From assembly GCA_044892525.1 (NCBI GenBank), contig CM097886.1, forward strand, positions 45,012,001 to 45,076,000: DNA of 64,000 bases, written 5' to 3'. Within the stretch, counting starts at the first letter, position 1, and each line of letters opens with the position of its first letter. Shown here piece after piece: positions 1-9,726 of the stretch. The notes under the pieces were generated by a model that saw nothing but the letters and a program-made list of their open reading frames with translations, made no database searches and was not told where the DNA came from. The stretch is from Schmidtea polychroa. Its lineage: Eukaryota. The position numbers were made by a program, and so were the translations under genes.

Positions 1-10
1 AAACGGTGGT

Positions 11-3000
11 ATGTATTCCCCAGAAGATCTAGAAACAGCACGACTTAACGTACTCTTCCCAGCCAGACGAGAATCCATTTTGTCAAATATGGTTACAATA
101 ACTGGGGGAACAAATTATCAATCAGGCCCGAATTACGAACTGCTATTATCGCCAGACCATTTTCAACAAGCTACGTCAAACATGATGAAAGCCATGTGGG
201 GAAGATTTTTAGTTTTTGGACAAATGATGGCCGGAATATTGGGGATCATACTCATAATTCAGATAGTCAGAGTAATACTAACACAAATGTTAGCTTGTTT
301 TGATATATACAAGCGAGAAAAGAAAGTAAATTGGAAAATGATAGTAGGCTTTCTACCATTCCTAGCTAAAACCATGGTGTTACATGGTCACTCAAAGGAC
401 ATTCACCGAATAAAACGATTAATTAAAATATTAACAAAGATTAAAGGAACCGACGAAGAAGTAGGCAGACGATTCCGGAAAGTAATGTACGATGAAGCAA
501 CAAGACGACAATTGAAAAAGAATAAGCCAAAATTTTTGGACCGATTTAGAAGTCAATCATCTAACAGCAATAGTGACGACGATGATAACGGGAACGATAA
601 ATGTATATATCCAAACAGAAACCCAAACGAAAAACCAATGGAAACAGCACCATATTGGGAGAAGGAAAAGACAAACACCTGGATCGCCAATGGAAGCTAT
701 ATACCGCCAGATATCGTGGGACCACAAGCAGCTTTGACCATGACACAAAATATGTATCCGCAATTACCGAGTCAACCAGGTATGCATTATATGCCAACAC
801 GACGTACCAAAAGTGTAGATCAAGCAGATGACGTAAGAACAATAGCAGCGATGAGTCTACCTGGAGGTCCAGCAGTAACAGTTATGATTCAAATCAATGG
901 TAAAGAAACCAATGCTATGATAGACACCGGAGCTAATGTATCAGCGATAGCGATTAATCAAATTCCCAGTAAGCACTGGAAGGATATCGAATCAACAACA
1001 ATCCACATCATAGCATGTAGTAAAGAAACAGTAGACGTGGTCGGAAGATGGTGGACTACATTGAGATACCAGGACAACGAAATTGAAACGTATTTGGCAG
1101 TAATACCAAAACTTAGCGTACCATGCATAATCGGAACGGATCTGATGCCAGAATTATTAAAAGAAGTGGTAATAGACTTAACAACCATGTGTCTAAAGGA
1201 CAAAACCGGTAGAATATGCAAAATGAATGCAGTAATCAGATGTCCAGAAAAAATAATAGTACCAGCGAAATCGCAGATGATTTGTCAGATAAAGGTGGAT
1301 ACGGGTATGGAAGGAGAAGTTATCTTTGAACCAAGCAAGTCATTCGAAAAGCGACGAGAGTTACCACTCGCAAGGGAAATAATCACAATAAACCAAGAAG
1401 GAGTGATACCGCTCAACATCACGAATTTCGAAGAGGAAGACAAAATCATTTATGAGAACGAAAAATTGGGAAGATTGACCCCAATGATGGACATAGAATT
1501 ACCGAAAGTGACCAACGAGATGATCAAAGATGATGAATTATGGACAATAGATAGTATGTTGTTGACGAATGATGAAAAGAAAAAATTGCACCGATTGTTG
1601 GTAGAATATAAAGATATATTCGCCATCTCAGATTTAGATTTGGGTACATGCGATGTTACCCTACATGCAATACCACTCATAGATGAAACTCCAATTGCAC
1701 TAAGACCATACAAGCTAGCAGAAATGCAAAAAGAAATAGCCGAAGCAGAAGTACAAAAGATGCTAGACGCAAAAGTAATCGAACCGAGTTGCTCACCCTG
1801 GCAATTCCCAGTGGTCATGGTAAAAAAGAAAGATGGCACCCAACGATTCTGTATCGATTATCGGAAGTTAAACGCAGTAACCAAGAGAGATACCTATCCA
1901 TTGCCGGACATCAATGAGATGTTATTGATATTGCAAGGGGCAGCATATTTTACTTCTTTAGATCTAAAAAGTGGATACTGGCAGATTAAAGTCAAAGATG
2001 AGGACAAAGAGAAAACAGCTTTCACGTTGGGACGAGATCTATATCAATTCAGGAAAATGCCATTCGGACTGACCAATGCACCAGCATCATTTCAACGGTG
2101 TATGAACTTTGTCACTCATGGAATCAAACAATGTATGGTATATATTGATGATTTACTAATCTATTCAGCGACATTTGAACAACATCTGGAAGATATCCGA
2201 AACGTATTTATTAGATTAAGACAGTGGAAACTCAAACTCAAACCATCAAAATGCGATTGGGCAAAGGAAAAAGTCACGTTTTTGGGACACATAGTGTCAG
2301 CTAAAGGAAAGGAGCCAGATCCAAGAAACATTGAGAAAATAAAAACATTTCCAGCACCGAAAACTGTCACCCAAGTTCAGGAATTTCTAGGATTATGCGG
2401 ATACTATCGCAAATTTATCAAAAATTATGCAGGAATTGCAAAACCAATCCAGGAATTAGTAAAGAAGGACATTTCGTTCATTTGGGGGAAGGAACAACAA
2501 GAGGCGTTTGAAACGCTGAGAGACAAACTAATCGAAGCACCTATCCTCGTACACCCAGATTTTAAGAAGCCATTTCTATTGGCAACGGATGCAAGCGGGT
2601 ACGTGGCAGGCGCGATTCTGGGACAATTAGACGACGAAGGTAAAGAAAGAGTAATTGGATACTACAGTCGAACATTCAAAAAGCACGAGAAGAACTATTC
2701 GGTAACAGAACGAGAAGCATTGGCTATAATACAGGCAATCAAACATTTTCGATATTTGTTATGGGGACATGAGATATGTATAACCACAGATCATCAACCA
2801 TTAGTGTGGTTAGGGCAACATAAAGAAGCGTCCAGTAGACTGATGAGATGGGCCATGCAATTGCAAGAATACTCCCCATTTATAAAATTCAAAGCGGGAA
2901 GAGCAAATGCCAACGCCGATTGTATGTCAAGATTTATTTTTCCAGATTTGGTGGATTCAGAAATGCAACGCATATGCTTAATAGTAGCGGAAGATTTGGA

Positions 3001-6000
3001 TTTCTGTCAATTGCGAAAGGACCAACAAGAGGACGCGGAATTAAAACAAATTATCGATTATGTAAAAACCGGAAAGACAGATGTATACGCGAAAGACCAA
3101 AAATTAAAAGAACATATGGATAAACACCGACACCGATATATTATAGAGAAAGATTGGTTGCTGATAATGGATGGGGAAAAACGATTAATGTGTATACCGG
3201 AAAACCGACGAAAAGAGTTACTAACGCAATATCACGATGGGAGATTGGGAGGACATATGTCATCGAAAAAGACGTTAGCAAGAATGAAACAGAAATATTT
3301 TTGGCCTACGTTAACGGAAGATGTAACCGAATGGGTAAAAAATTGTCTAACTTGTGCGACCAGGAAGAATACTGGATCGAAATGGAAAGCACCTTTAACG
3401 CCAATGCCAGTACCAATAGAACCAATGACGATGATATCTATGGACGTCGTCGGTCCATTACCGGAATCGGATAGAGGAAACGTTTATATTTTAGTGATTA
3501 CAGACTTTCTCACGAAATTTCCAGAAGCATTCGCGATGCCAGACCAAAAAGCTAAAACAATCGCAAAAATTTTGGTACAAGAGATATGTTGCCGATATGG
3601 AATACCAAAACAGATATTAACCGATCAGGGAACTAATTTTATGAGTGAGATAATGAGCGAAGTAACAAATTACTTCAAAATCGCAAAATTAAGAACATCA
3701 CCGTATCATCCTCAAACCAATGGGATGACGGAAAGATTTAATGGAACACTTATACAAATGTTATCAAACTACGTCGACCGTCACCAACGAGATTGGGACG
3801 AATATATAAACCTATGTCTTATGGCGTACAGAATGTCGATTCACGCATCAACGAAAATGAGCCCATTCAAATTAATGTACGGAAGAGAATGTAACATGCC
3901 AATGGACCTGGAATACCAACCACCGATATCGCAGTATATGGAGATCGATGATTATGTTACGAAATTCAAGGAAAGAATGCAAGAAATTTGGGAAACTGCG
4001 GGATTAAATATCAAGTTCTACCAGGAAAGTTATAAAGATTTACACGATCGAAAGAAAAACGTGAAGCAACATACGTTTCAAACAGGTGATTGGGTGATGA
4101 TCGAGACCCCAGAATTAATTCCCGGAACCACAAGAAAATTACAACGGAACGGAAAAGGGCCATATGAGATCCTATTTGTAGGCGAAACCAACGTTAGAGT
4201 GAAATTGATAAATAATCCATTCACCAGGCCAATATACGAAAACGTGGCACGATGCAAATCAATTCCAAAAACAGCCACCAGTCAACCAGAAGGCCGTACA
4301 TTAACCACACGTTCGCAAACCTACAGAATGAACATGATGCAACAACTCGCAGAACCTATCACGGGACGATTGGGCATACAACCATCGGAAGCCGAAAAAA
4401 TCGTACGAGAGGTAAAGATAAAATTACCCGGATGGGCAAAAGATCGATTAGATTTCGAAATATTAGGAGGATTATTGACGATGATCGAAAACTATGCAAA
4501 TAGAGAAAGGACACACCCATTATTGCGAGTAGTCAAAAGCCAATGGCCAATATTATTTACAATAACAGATCATTACGGAGACACACCATTACACAAACTC
4601 ATGAAAGTAGCTAACAACGAGCAAATACTAGAAACAATAGAAGCATTTCACGACTGCAAGCGATCAACAGAACAAGAAAATACCCAAGGTTACACACCAT
4701 TAATGATAGCAGCAAACAGAGGCAAAACAAAAGACATCATAACCGCATTACTTGATACTGGATCAAAAATAACTACACAAGATCGCGAGCGGAAAAACGC
4801 ACTACATCATGCTATCGAAGGGAAAAGTACCGAAGCGTTCACATCGTTGATGGAGTTACTATCATATGAGGACAATCAAGAAGTTGGAAACATGTATGAT
4901 GGATTATTAACAGCGATCAAAGAGAAACTGACAACAATTACAGGAGTATTAATCACTTGGAGAAACCCAATTAAAAATAATTATATGATCAACGTAAACG
5001 AAGCATTCACGAAAGGGGAGAACACGCTTATGAGAGAAGCTATGAAAGGACATCATTTATTCGAAATCCCGAATCAATTGTTAGAACGAGGGATAACATT
5101 CACAAATCATAAGGATGAGCAGTTATTAAAAAAGCGAATAGACGCATTCGAAAAATCAATATTCCAATTTACTAACCAAGTACGAAATAAATATTGGGAA
5201 ACGGTAAGTGTGTTATACACGATGGATACAATGAACAACATCCGCGAGAATTACCTGGATATTATCCAAATACTTACAGCAGAGCAACGAATCAATAATC
5301 CAAACGGAAAGAAAACGAAAATAAGGTATGGGAAATCAAGGGAACCAAAGTCGACAACGAACCAAACGGTCACAAACAACGTCATCGAAACAAAATCAAT
5401 GAGTGTAGATCAAGAGGCAATAATACGCAAAGCGAAAGAAGTATTCTTTGAAGAAATGCTAGAGTTGTCAGACGAAATAATATTGTCAAAAATAATAAAA
5501 GCCGTACACACATACGCAAGAGATCAAACCACGGGTTTAGATATCGGGAAAATCAAAACCTTCTTGCCTCGAGCATTTACGATGGTGACGAAAGATTCAA
5601 GAACACCATTACAACAAGCAATACTAGCTGCAAAAGAGAATAGAGCAATAACGATCATGAGAATCCTTAGGGATATGGGCGAGGAAACCAATACGAAAAA
5701 TGAACAAGGCGAAACCGCCATGATGTATGCAGCTATAACGAAAATACACCCAAAAACACTCCACGTCCTACATCAATCAGGATCGAGACTAGACGAAAAA
5801 TCAAACGAAGGGAACTCCACATTGGACTGGGCAACCATACAGCCTAATTTAGGGATGATCAGATTTATTTGCAAAAATGCGACAAAAGAAGAAGTTGAAA
5901 ATATATGCAGAAACACATCTCAATTTCAATGGAATACGGTACGGAAAAATCTAGAGGCAATGAAATTATTATTAACATGGAGAGTACCACAAAGTAGTAA

Positions 6001-7102
6001 ATATGCGATAAATGTAAACGAATTCTACGAAAACGGAGAAAACGCGATGATAAAGAATACATTAACTAAAGGGGGGACACCAAAAATTATTTTAATAGTA
6101 TTAAATAGAGAAGACCTAAAATTCACGCAAAATCAGAACGAGCAACAACGAATTGGGAAACATCGTCGTATTCAATTGAGAGAGTTAGTTAAAGAATGGA
6201 ATAGAAAGAGACATGCTGCAACAGGTAGAAAAGAGTTTGAATTCGAAGCAAAGTTAGCAAGAAACAGAGTGTTAACAGCATATCGCAGACTATTGAACGA
6301 TATAAATGTCGAGGACGACATTTTAAACGACAGCGGGGGAGATAAACACGGTGACAATGACGGAAAAGGCCGAAAGGAGGATAAAGGGAAAAGAGAACCA
6401 GAAGAGGATAAACCGGAAAACAAGGATTCAGGTACGAGAGGAGAGGGAAACAGCCCGGGAACCAAGACCAAAGAGGAGGAAAAACCGAATAATGGAAAAC
6501 AGAGGGTATGCCTACCTTTCACTAACAAAGAAATGGAAACAAATATGATCTTAATGATAATCATGCTAACCATGATAGAGTTAGTAAGAGCTCATGGAGG
6601 GACGAGAACGATGAAAGAAACTAAAGAAGCGGGGAATCAAGATAGCAAAGAGGAAGAACTAAAACAAGAAAAGAAAAAGCAAGCACAAGAGCAGCAGTGG
6701 GAAGAATGGGACCTAAAGGAAAGGTGCATACTAGGAAGATGTATGTCTAGAGCGTATCAGAGATTAGTACTGGTAAATGAGGACACAGAACCGATAACAG
6801 AAGTAAGAATACAAGAAGCATACCGAAATCGAGAAGGGAAGAGAATAACGAACGTTAAAGGAAAAGAGGTGCACCTAGGAAAAGGGGGTGAAGTAGTAAT
6901 AACGCAGCTCCAACCAAGAAAAGAGCACAAAGTCTGTATTTCAAGATTAGGACCAGGTGAAAGATGCCATCAATATGTGACGCAGCAGCAGCCCCCGAAA
7001 GAATGCACGGTTTGTATCTGGAGGAACGAATCAAAAAGGGAATGCCGACGATACCCGGGGAAAAGAGGGAAGAAAAGAAAAAACCACGACGAAAAGGACT
7101 AA
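11..7102 (+). CDS. pol: Polyprotein (5'-incomplete): Env C-terminus/TM - aspartic protease - RT - RNase H - integrase - ankyrin repeats - C-terminal membrane module
   Basis: TM FLVFGQMMAGILGIILIIQIV (~205-300); protease IDTGA (~920); RT SPWQFPVVMV, LDLKSGYWQ, MPFGL, YIDD (2141-2152); RNase H LATDAS, YSVTEREALA; IN H-x6-H..CLTC, MDVVGP, TDQG, GMTERFN, GPY motif; ankyrin-type GDTPLH, GYTPLMIAA, KNALHHA, RTPLQQA, GETAMMYAA. Confidence 0.95.
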   Translation: MYSPEDLETARLNVLFPARRESILSNMVTITGGTNYQSGPNYELLLSPDHFQQATSNMMKAMWGRFLVFGQMMAGILGIILIIQIVRVILTQMLACFDIYKREKKVNWKMIVGFLPFLAKTMVLHGHSKDIHRIKRLIKILTKIKGTDEEVGRRFRKVMYDEATRRQLKKNKPKFLDRFRSQSSNSNSDDDDNGNDKCIYPNRNPNEKPMETAPYWEKEKTNTWIANGSYIPPDIVGPQAALTMTQNMYPQLPSQPGMHYMPTRRTKSVDQADDVRTIAAMSLPGGPAVTVMIQINGKETNAMIDTGANVSAIAINQIPSKHWKDIESTTIHIIACSKETVDVVGRWWTTLRYQDNEIETYLAVIPKLSVPCIIGTDLMPELLKEVVIDLTTMCLKDKTGRICKMNAVIRCPEKIIVPAKSQMICQIKVDTGMEGEVIFEPSKSFEKRRELPLAREIITINQEGVIPLNITNFEEEDKIIYENEKLGRLTPMMDIELPKVTNEMIKDDELWTIDSMLLTNDEKKKLHRLLVEYKDIFAISDLDLGTCDVTLHAIPLIDETPIALRPYKLAEMQKEIAEAEVQKMLDAKVIEPSCSPWQFPVVMVKKKDGTQRFCIDYRKLNAVTKRDTYPLPDINEMLLILQGAAYFTSLDLKSGYWQIKVKDEDKEKTAFTLGRDLYQFRKMPFGLTNAPASFQRCMNFVTHGIKQCMVYIDDLLIYSATFEQHLEDIRNVFIRLRQWKLKLKPSKCDWAKEKVTFLGHIVSAKGKEPDPRNIEKIKTFPAPKTVTQVQEFLGLCGYYRKFIKNYAGIAKPIQELVKKDISFIWGKEQQEAFETLRDKLIEAPILVHPDFKKPFLLATDASGYVAGAILGQLDDEGKERVIGYYSRTFKKHEKNYSVTEREALAIIQAIKHFRYLLWGHEICITTDHQPLVWLGQHKEASSRLMRWAMQLQEYSPFIKFKAGRANANADCMSRFIFPDLVDSEMQRICLIVAEDLDFCQLRKDQQEDAELKQIIDYVKTGKTDVYAKDQKLKEHMDKHRHRYIIEKDWLLIMDGEKRLMCIPENRRKELLTQYHDGRLGGHMSSKKTLARMKQKYFWPTLTEDVTEWVKNCLTCATRKNTGSKWKAPLTPMPVPIEPMTMISMDVVGPLPESDRGNVYILVITDFLTKFPEAFAMPDQKAKTIAKILVQEICCRYGIPKQILTDQGTNFMSEIMSEVTNYFKIAKLRTSPYHPQTNGMTERFNGTLIQMLSNYVDRHQRDWDEYINLCLMAYRMSIHASTKMSPFKLMYGRECNMPMDLEYQPPISQYMEIDDYVTKFKERMQEIWETAGLNIKFYQESYKDLHDRKKNVKQHTFQTGDWVMIETPELIPGTTRKLQRNGKGPYEILFVGETNVRVKLINNPFTRPIYENVARCKSIPKTATSQPEGRTLTTRSQTYRMNMMQQLAEPITGRLGIQPSEAEKIVREVKIKLPGWAKDRLDFEILGGLLTMIENYANRERTHPLLRVVKSQWPILFTITDHYGDTPLHKLMKVANNEQILETIEAFHDCKRSTEQENTQGYTPLMIAANRGKTKDIITALLDTGSKITTQDRERKNALHHAIEGKSTEAFTSLMELLSYEDNQEVGNMYDGLLTAIKEKLTTITGVLITWRNPIKNNYMINVNEAFTKGENTLMREAMKGHHLFEIPNQLLERGITFTNHKDEQLLKKRIDAFEKSIFQFTNQVRNKYWETVSVLYTMDTMNNIRENYLDIIQILTAEQRINNPNGKKTKIRYGKSREPKSTTNQTVTNNVIETKSMSVDQEAIIRKAKEVFFEEMLELSDEIILSKIIKAVHTYARDQTTGLDIGKIKTFLPRAFTMVTKDSRTPLQQAILAAKENRAITIMRILRDMGEETNTKNEQGETAMMYAAITKIHPKTLHVLHQSGSRLDEKSNEGNSTLDWATIQPNLGMIRFICKNATKEEVENICRNTSQFQWNTVRKNLEAMKLLLTWRVPQSSKYAINVNEFYENGENAMIKNTLTKGGTPKIILIVLNREDLKFTQNQNEQQRIGKHRRIQLRELVKEWNRKRHAATGRKEFEFEAKLARNRVLTAYRRLLNDINVEDDILNDSGGDKHGDNDGKGRKEDKGKREPEEDKPENKDSGTRGEGNSPGTKTKEEEKPNNGKQRVCLPFTNKEMETNMILMIIMLTMIELVRAHGGTRTMKETKEAGNQDSKEEELKQEKKKQAQEQQWEEWDLKERCILGRCMSRAYQRLVLVNEDTEPITEVRIQEAYRNREGKRITNVKGKEVHLGKGGEVVITQLQPRKEHKVCISRLGPGERCHQYVTQQQPPKECTVCIWRNESKRECRRYPGKRGKKRKNHDEKD

Positions 7103-7537
7103 GAAGGAAAGCACAAGAAAACCGGCGAGGAAGCTCAGGACAACTATGTTTCGGAGGAAGAGATAGAAAAAATACAAAAGATGGCAAAGGAGGGTATGAA
7201 CGAGGAAATAGCAAGAATACGAGAGATGATGGAAGGAAATGGCAAAAGAGGAAACGAGAAAAGTACAGAAGCGATATCAACATTAACAAACACTGAAAAA
7301 CCAGAGAGTATAAGCGTGAAGCAGATGATGTGGATCAGTGGGATAATAATAACAGGGGCATTCCTAATCATAACGGGGGGAACAATAAAAATAATTAAAG
7401 GTAAACGACATCGCGGAGAACTAGAGATGACCCGAATCAGAAATTTCCAACATCGAGTGAAACGACCAAGTGATATCAAACCAGAACAGTGGGTGGAGGC
7501 CTGGAACGCTCAGCGCCCTCCAAACTCACGTATATAG
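7103..7537 (+). CDS. In-frame C-terminal continuation of the polyprotein (TM helix plus short tail), cut off in copy A by a GAA>TAA stop
   Basis: Same frame as 11..7102; copy B reads DEKDEGGKHKK through this position (ORF 38161..38721); TM MMWISGIIITGAFLIITGGTIKII. Confidence 0.8.
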   Translation, partial: EGKHKKTGEEAQDNYVSEEEIEKIQKMAKEGMNEEIARIREMMEGNGKRGNEKSTEAISTLTNTEKPESISVKQMMWISGIIITGAFLIITGGTIKIIKGKRHRGELEMTRIRNFQHRVKRPSDIKPEQWVEAWNAQRPPNSRI

Positions 7538-7697
7538 AAAGGAATATGACTGTATATAACTGTAAAAAGTAAGTATGTCTTATGTATATAACAGTACTAT
7601 ATCTTTATATAAGCGCGGTATCAATATTATACAATAACGGGAATCATAAAATAAAATTAAATTTAAATAAGAGTTGAAAAGTGTATATAAATTAAGA

Positions 7698-8057
7698 ATG
7701 GATCAAGGAAATAACGAAATGAACCACAACACAGTAACCGAAGAATTATGGAAGCAACAATGTGCCGTATTAGCACAATTAGTGTCCAATTTGCAAGAAC
7801 AAGGATTGACGATGCACAGAAACCTAATCGAGAGTATGAATAGAGGATTTAGTTATTTGAAGATAATTGAAGACCAGAGGTTAAAAATCGAACAAATGCA
7901 AAGAGAGATAGAGAGGATAACCCAATATAGCCGAAGACAGGAAATTGAGTTGGACAGAGTGATGGAGGAAGCAGAACAGACAGAAATAGAAGACTGGTCA
8001 GAATGGCTAATGAGTAGAGAGGAGGACGGACACGAAGCCGACTCTTCCGAACCATAA
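7698..8057 (+). CDS. Cargo ORF 1, small acidic coiled-coil protein (likely start MDQG at 7698; ORF track start 7674)
   Basis: Open and near-identical in copy B (37641..38024); heptad-like Q/E-rich helix. Confidence 0.7.
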   Translation: MDQGNNEMNHNTVTEELWKQQCAVLAQLVSNLQEQGLTMHRNLIESMNRGFSYLKIIEDQRLKIEQMQREIERITQYSRRQEIELDRVMEEAEQTEIEDWSEWLMSREEDGHEADSSEP

Positions 8058-8144
8058 ACCAAACCTAGCTTAAAAAATGTAAATAATTGTAATTAAAATA
8101 TCGAACCTGTATCGATAAGAACTATATGTATATATAATTATAGA

Positions 8145-9533
8145 ATGGATGAACGACAAAGAGAAGAGTTCAGAGAGATTGTCGAACAAGTCCGAAAATC
8201 TACAACGATCAAAATACACAAACATGTTATGTGCGGAATCTGTGAAAAGTTACTAAAAGAACCCCACCAAACCCAATGTGGATGCAGAGTATGTAAAGAA
8301 TGTATCAGTGAAGCAATAAAGAATAGACCACAGTGGTGCCCGGTGTGTAAAGAGACACTAATATCGAGTTTAAAAGACACTAACGAGGATAAAGCCGCAG
8401 TGAAAGACATGTTAAACACCAATCTGGGATGTAAAAATACCCCATGCGAATGGAAAGGAGTAATATGGAAAGTAGTGCAACATATGGGAGAATGTATGCA
8501 CAGAGTCGGCCAGTGTGAAAGGTGCCATAAAACCATTCGAGCAAGCGAAGAAAAAGAGCATCAAAGGCAGTGTGAAGAGAGATTAGAAAGATGTGAACAT
8601 TGTGGAGAAATAGATACGTGGAAAAATCTCATCATCAAACATCACAATGTCCAAGAGGAAAAGGTATGTGCAGAGTTCAGTGGGGAATGCCCAAACGGAT
8701 GTAACCAAGGGGAAATAATAAAGGTGGCACAGCATCTAAGGGAATGTGAAAAGAAAAGAATGACATGTGTACTAGGTAAATGGGGTTGTCAGAAACTACT
8801 ACACCGAGGGGAGTTACCACATCATTTAGTAGAAAATGCTTCAACCCACGCAGAAATGTGGTCGACTGCGTTACAAGAAAGGGAAGAGAAAGTAAAACAA
8901 ATGGAGATAGAGATAACATCGTTGAAAGTGTTAGTCAAAGAACTACTAGAAGAAAGGGAAGCGTTCGAAGAAGCCCGAGCAAACATAAAGATGCAAATAA
9001 ACCGAATAGAAATCAGTAATAATCAGGCCAAGGAGCTACATCAGAAAATACGGGAAATAAATCTAAATGAGATAACCCCAACAGCACCCTACATATGGAA
9101 AATAACGGGAGTAAAAGAAAGAATACGAAAAGCAAAAACCGGAGAAGAGACAAGAATAACAAGTCCTGCATTCCATTCTTGGAAAAATGGGTACAAAATG
9201 AAAATGAAGATATATCCCAACGGGGACGGAACCGGATTAGATACACACTTTTCGATTTTCTTTCTGTTATGTAAAGGGGAATACGACGACATAATAGAGT
9301 GGCCGTTCCAGGCAAAAATCGATATTGCACTAATGAATGACCGAAGCATCCACGAACAAAGCTTCAAGACAACTGGAAACCAAATGTGTTACCAGAGACC
9401 TACGGAAGAAGAAGGATCAGCAACAGGAGCACCTACGTTCATCCTACAACAAAAAGTAGAAGATATGGCAAGAAATGACACGGTGTATATCAGGATGACC
9501 GTGAGGAAAGAGGAGAAGGGTAGAACGGAGTAA
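8145..9533 (+). CDS. TRAF: TNF receptor-associated factor homolog (RING - TRAF zinc fingers - coiled coil - MATH), intronless
   Basis: RING CGIC-x11-CGC-x2-CKEC-x11-CPVC; TRAF zinc fingers (CKNTPCEWKG..H..EC, CERC..H..QCEERLERCEHC); MATH motifs YIWKI, SPAFHS..GYKMKMKIYPNGDG.G.DTHFSIFF.LCKGEYD..IEWPF, DTVYIRMTV. Confidence 0.95.
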   Translation: MDERQREEFREIVEQVRKSTTIKIHKHVMCGICEKLLKEPHQTQCGCRVCKECISEAIKNRPQWCPVCKETLISSLKDTNEDKAAVKDMLNTNLGCKNTPCEWKGVIWKVVQHMGECMHRVGQCERCHKTIRASEEKEHQRQCEERLERCEHCGEIDTWKNLIIKHHNVQEEKVCAEFSGECPNGCNQGEIIKVAQHLRECEKKRMTCVLGKWGCQKLLHRGELPHHLVENASTHAEMWSTALQEREEKVKQMEIEITSLKVLVKELLEEREAFEEARANIKMQINRIEISNNQAKELHQKIREINLNEITPTAPYIWKITGVKERIRKAKTGEETRITSPAFHSWKNGYKMKMKIYPNGDGTGLDTHFSIFFLLCKGEYDDIIEWPFQAKIDIALMNDRSIHEQSFKTTGNQMCYQRPTEEEGSATGAPTFILQQKVEDMARNDTVYIRMTVRKEEKGRTE

Positions 9534-9726
9534 CCAATCGAATAATGTTGTATATAATAATCTGTATATATCGGTGTATATAACCAATAAAATATTATAT
9601 AATAATAGTATGAAAACCCTAAATACGAAAACCCAAAAATGATGCGAAAATTTCCGAAGAACCCGTAACTAATGAATAAATTCTTTTTCCATAATAAAAA
9701 GATTAATCGATATCTATGATTTAGAG

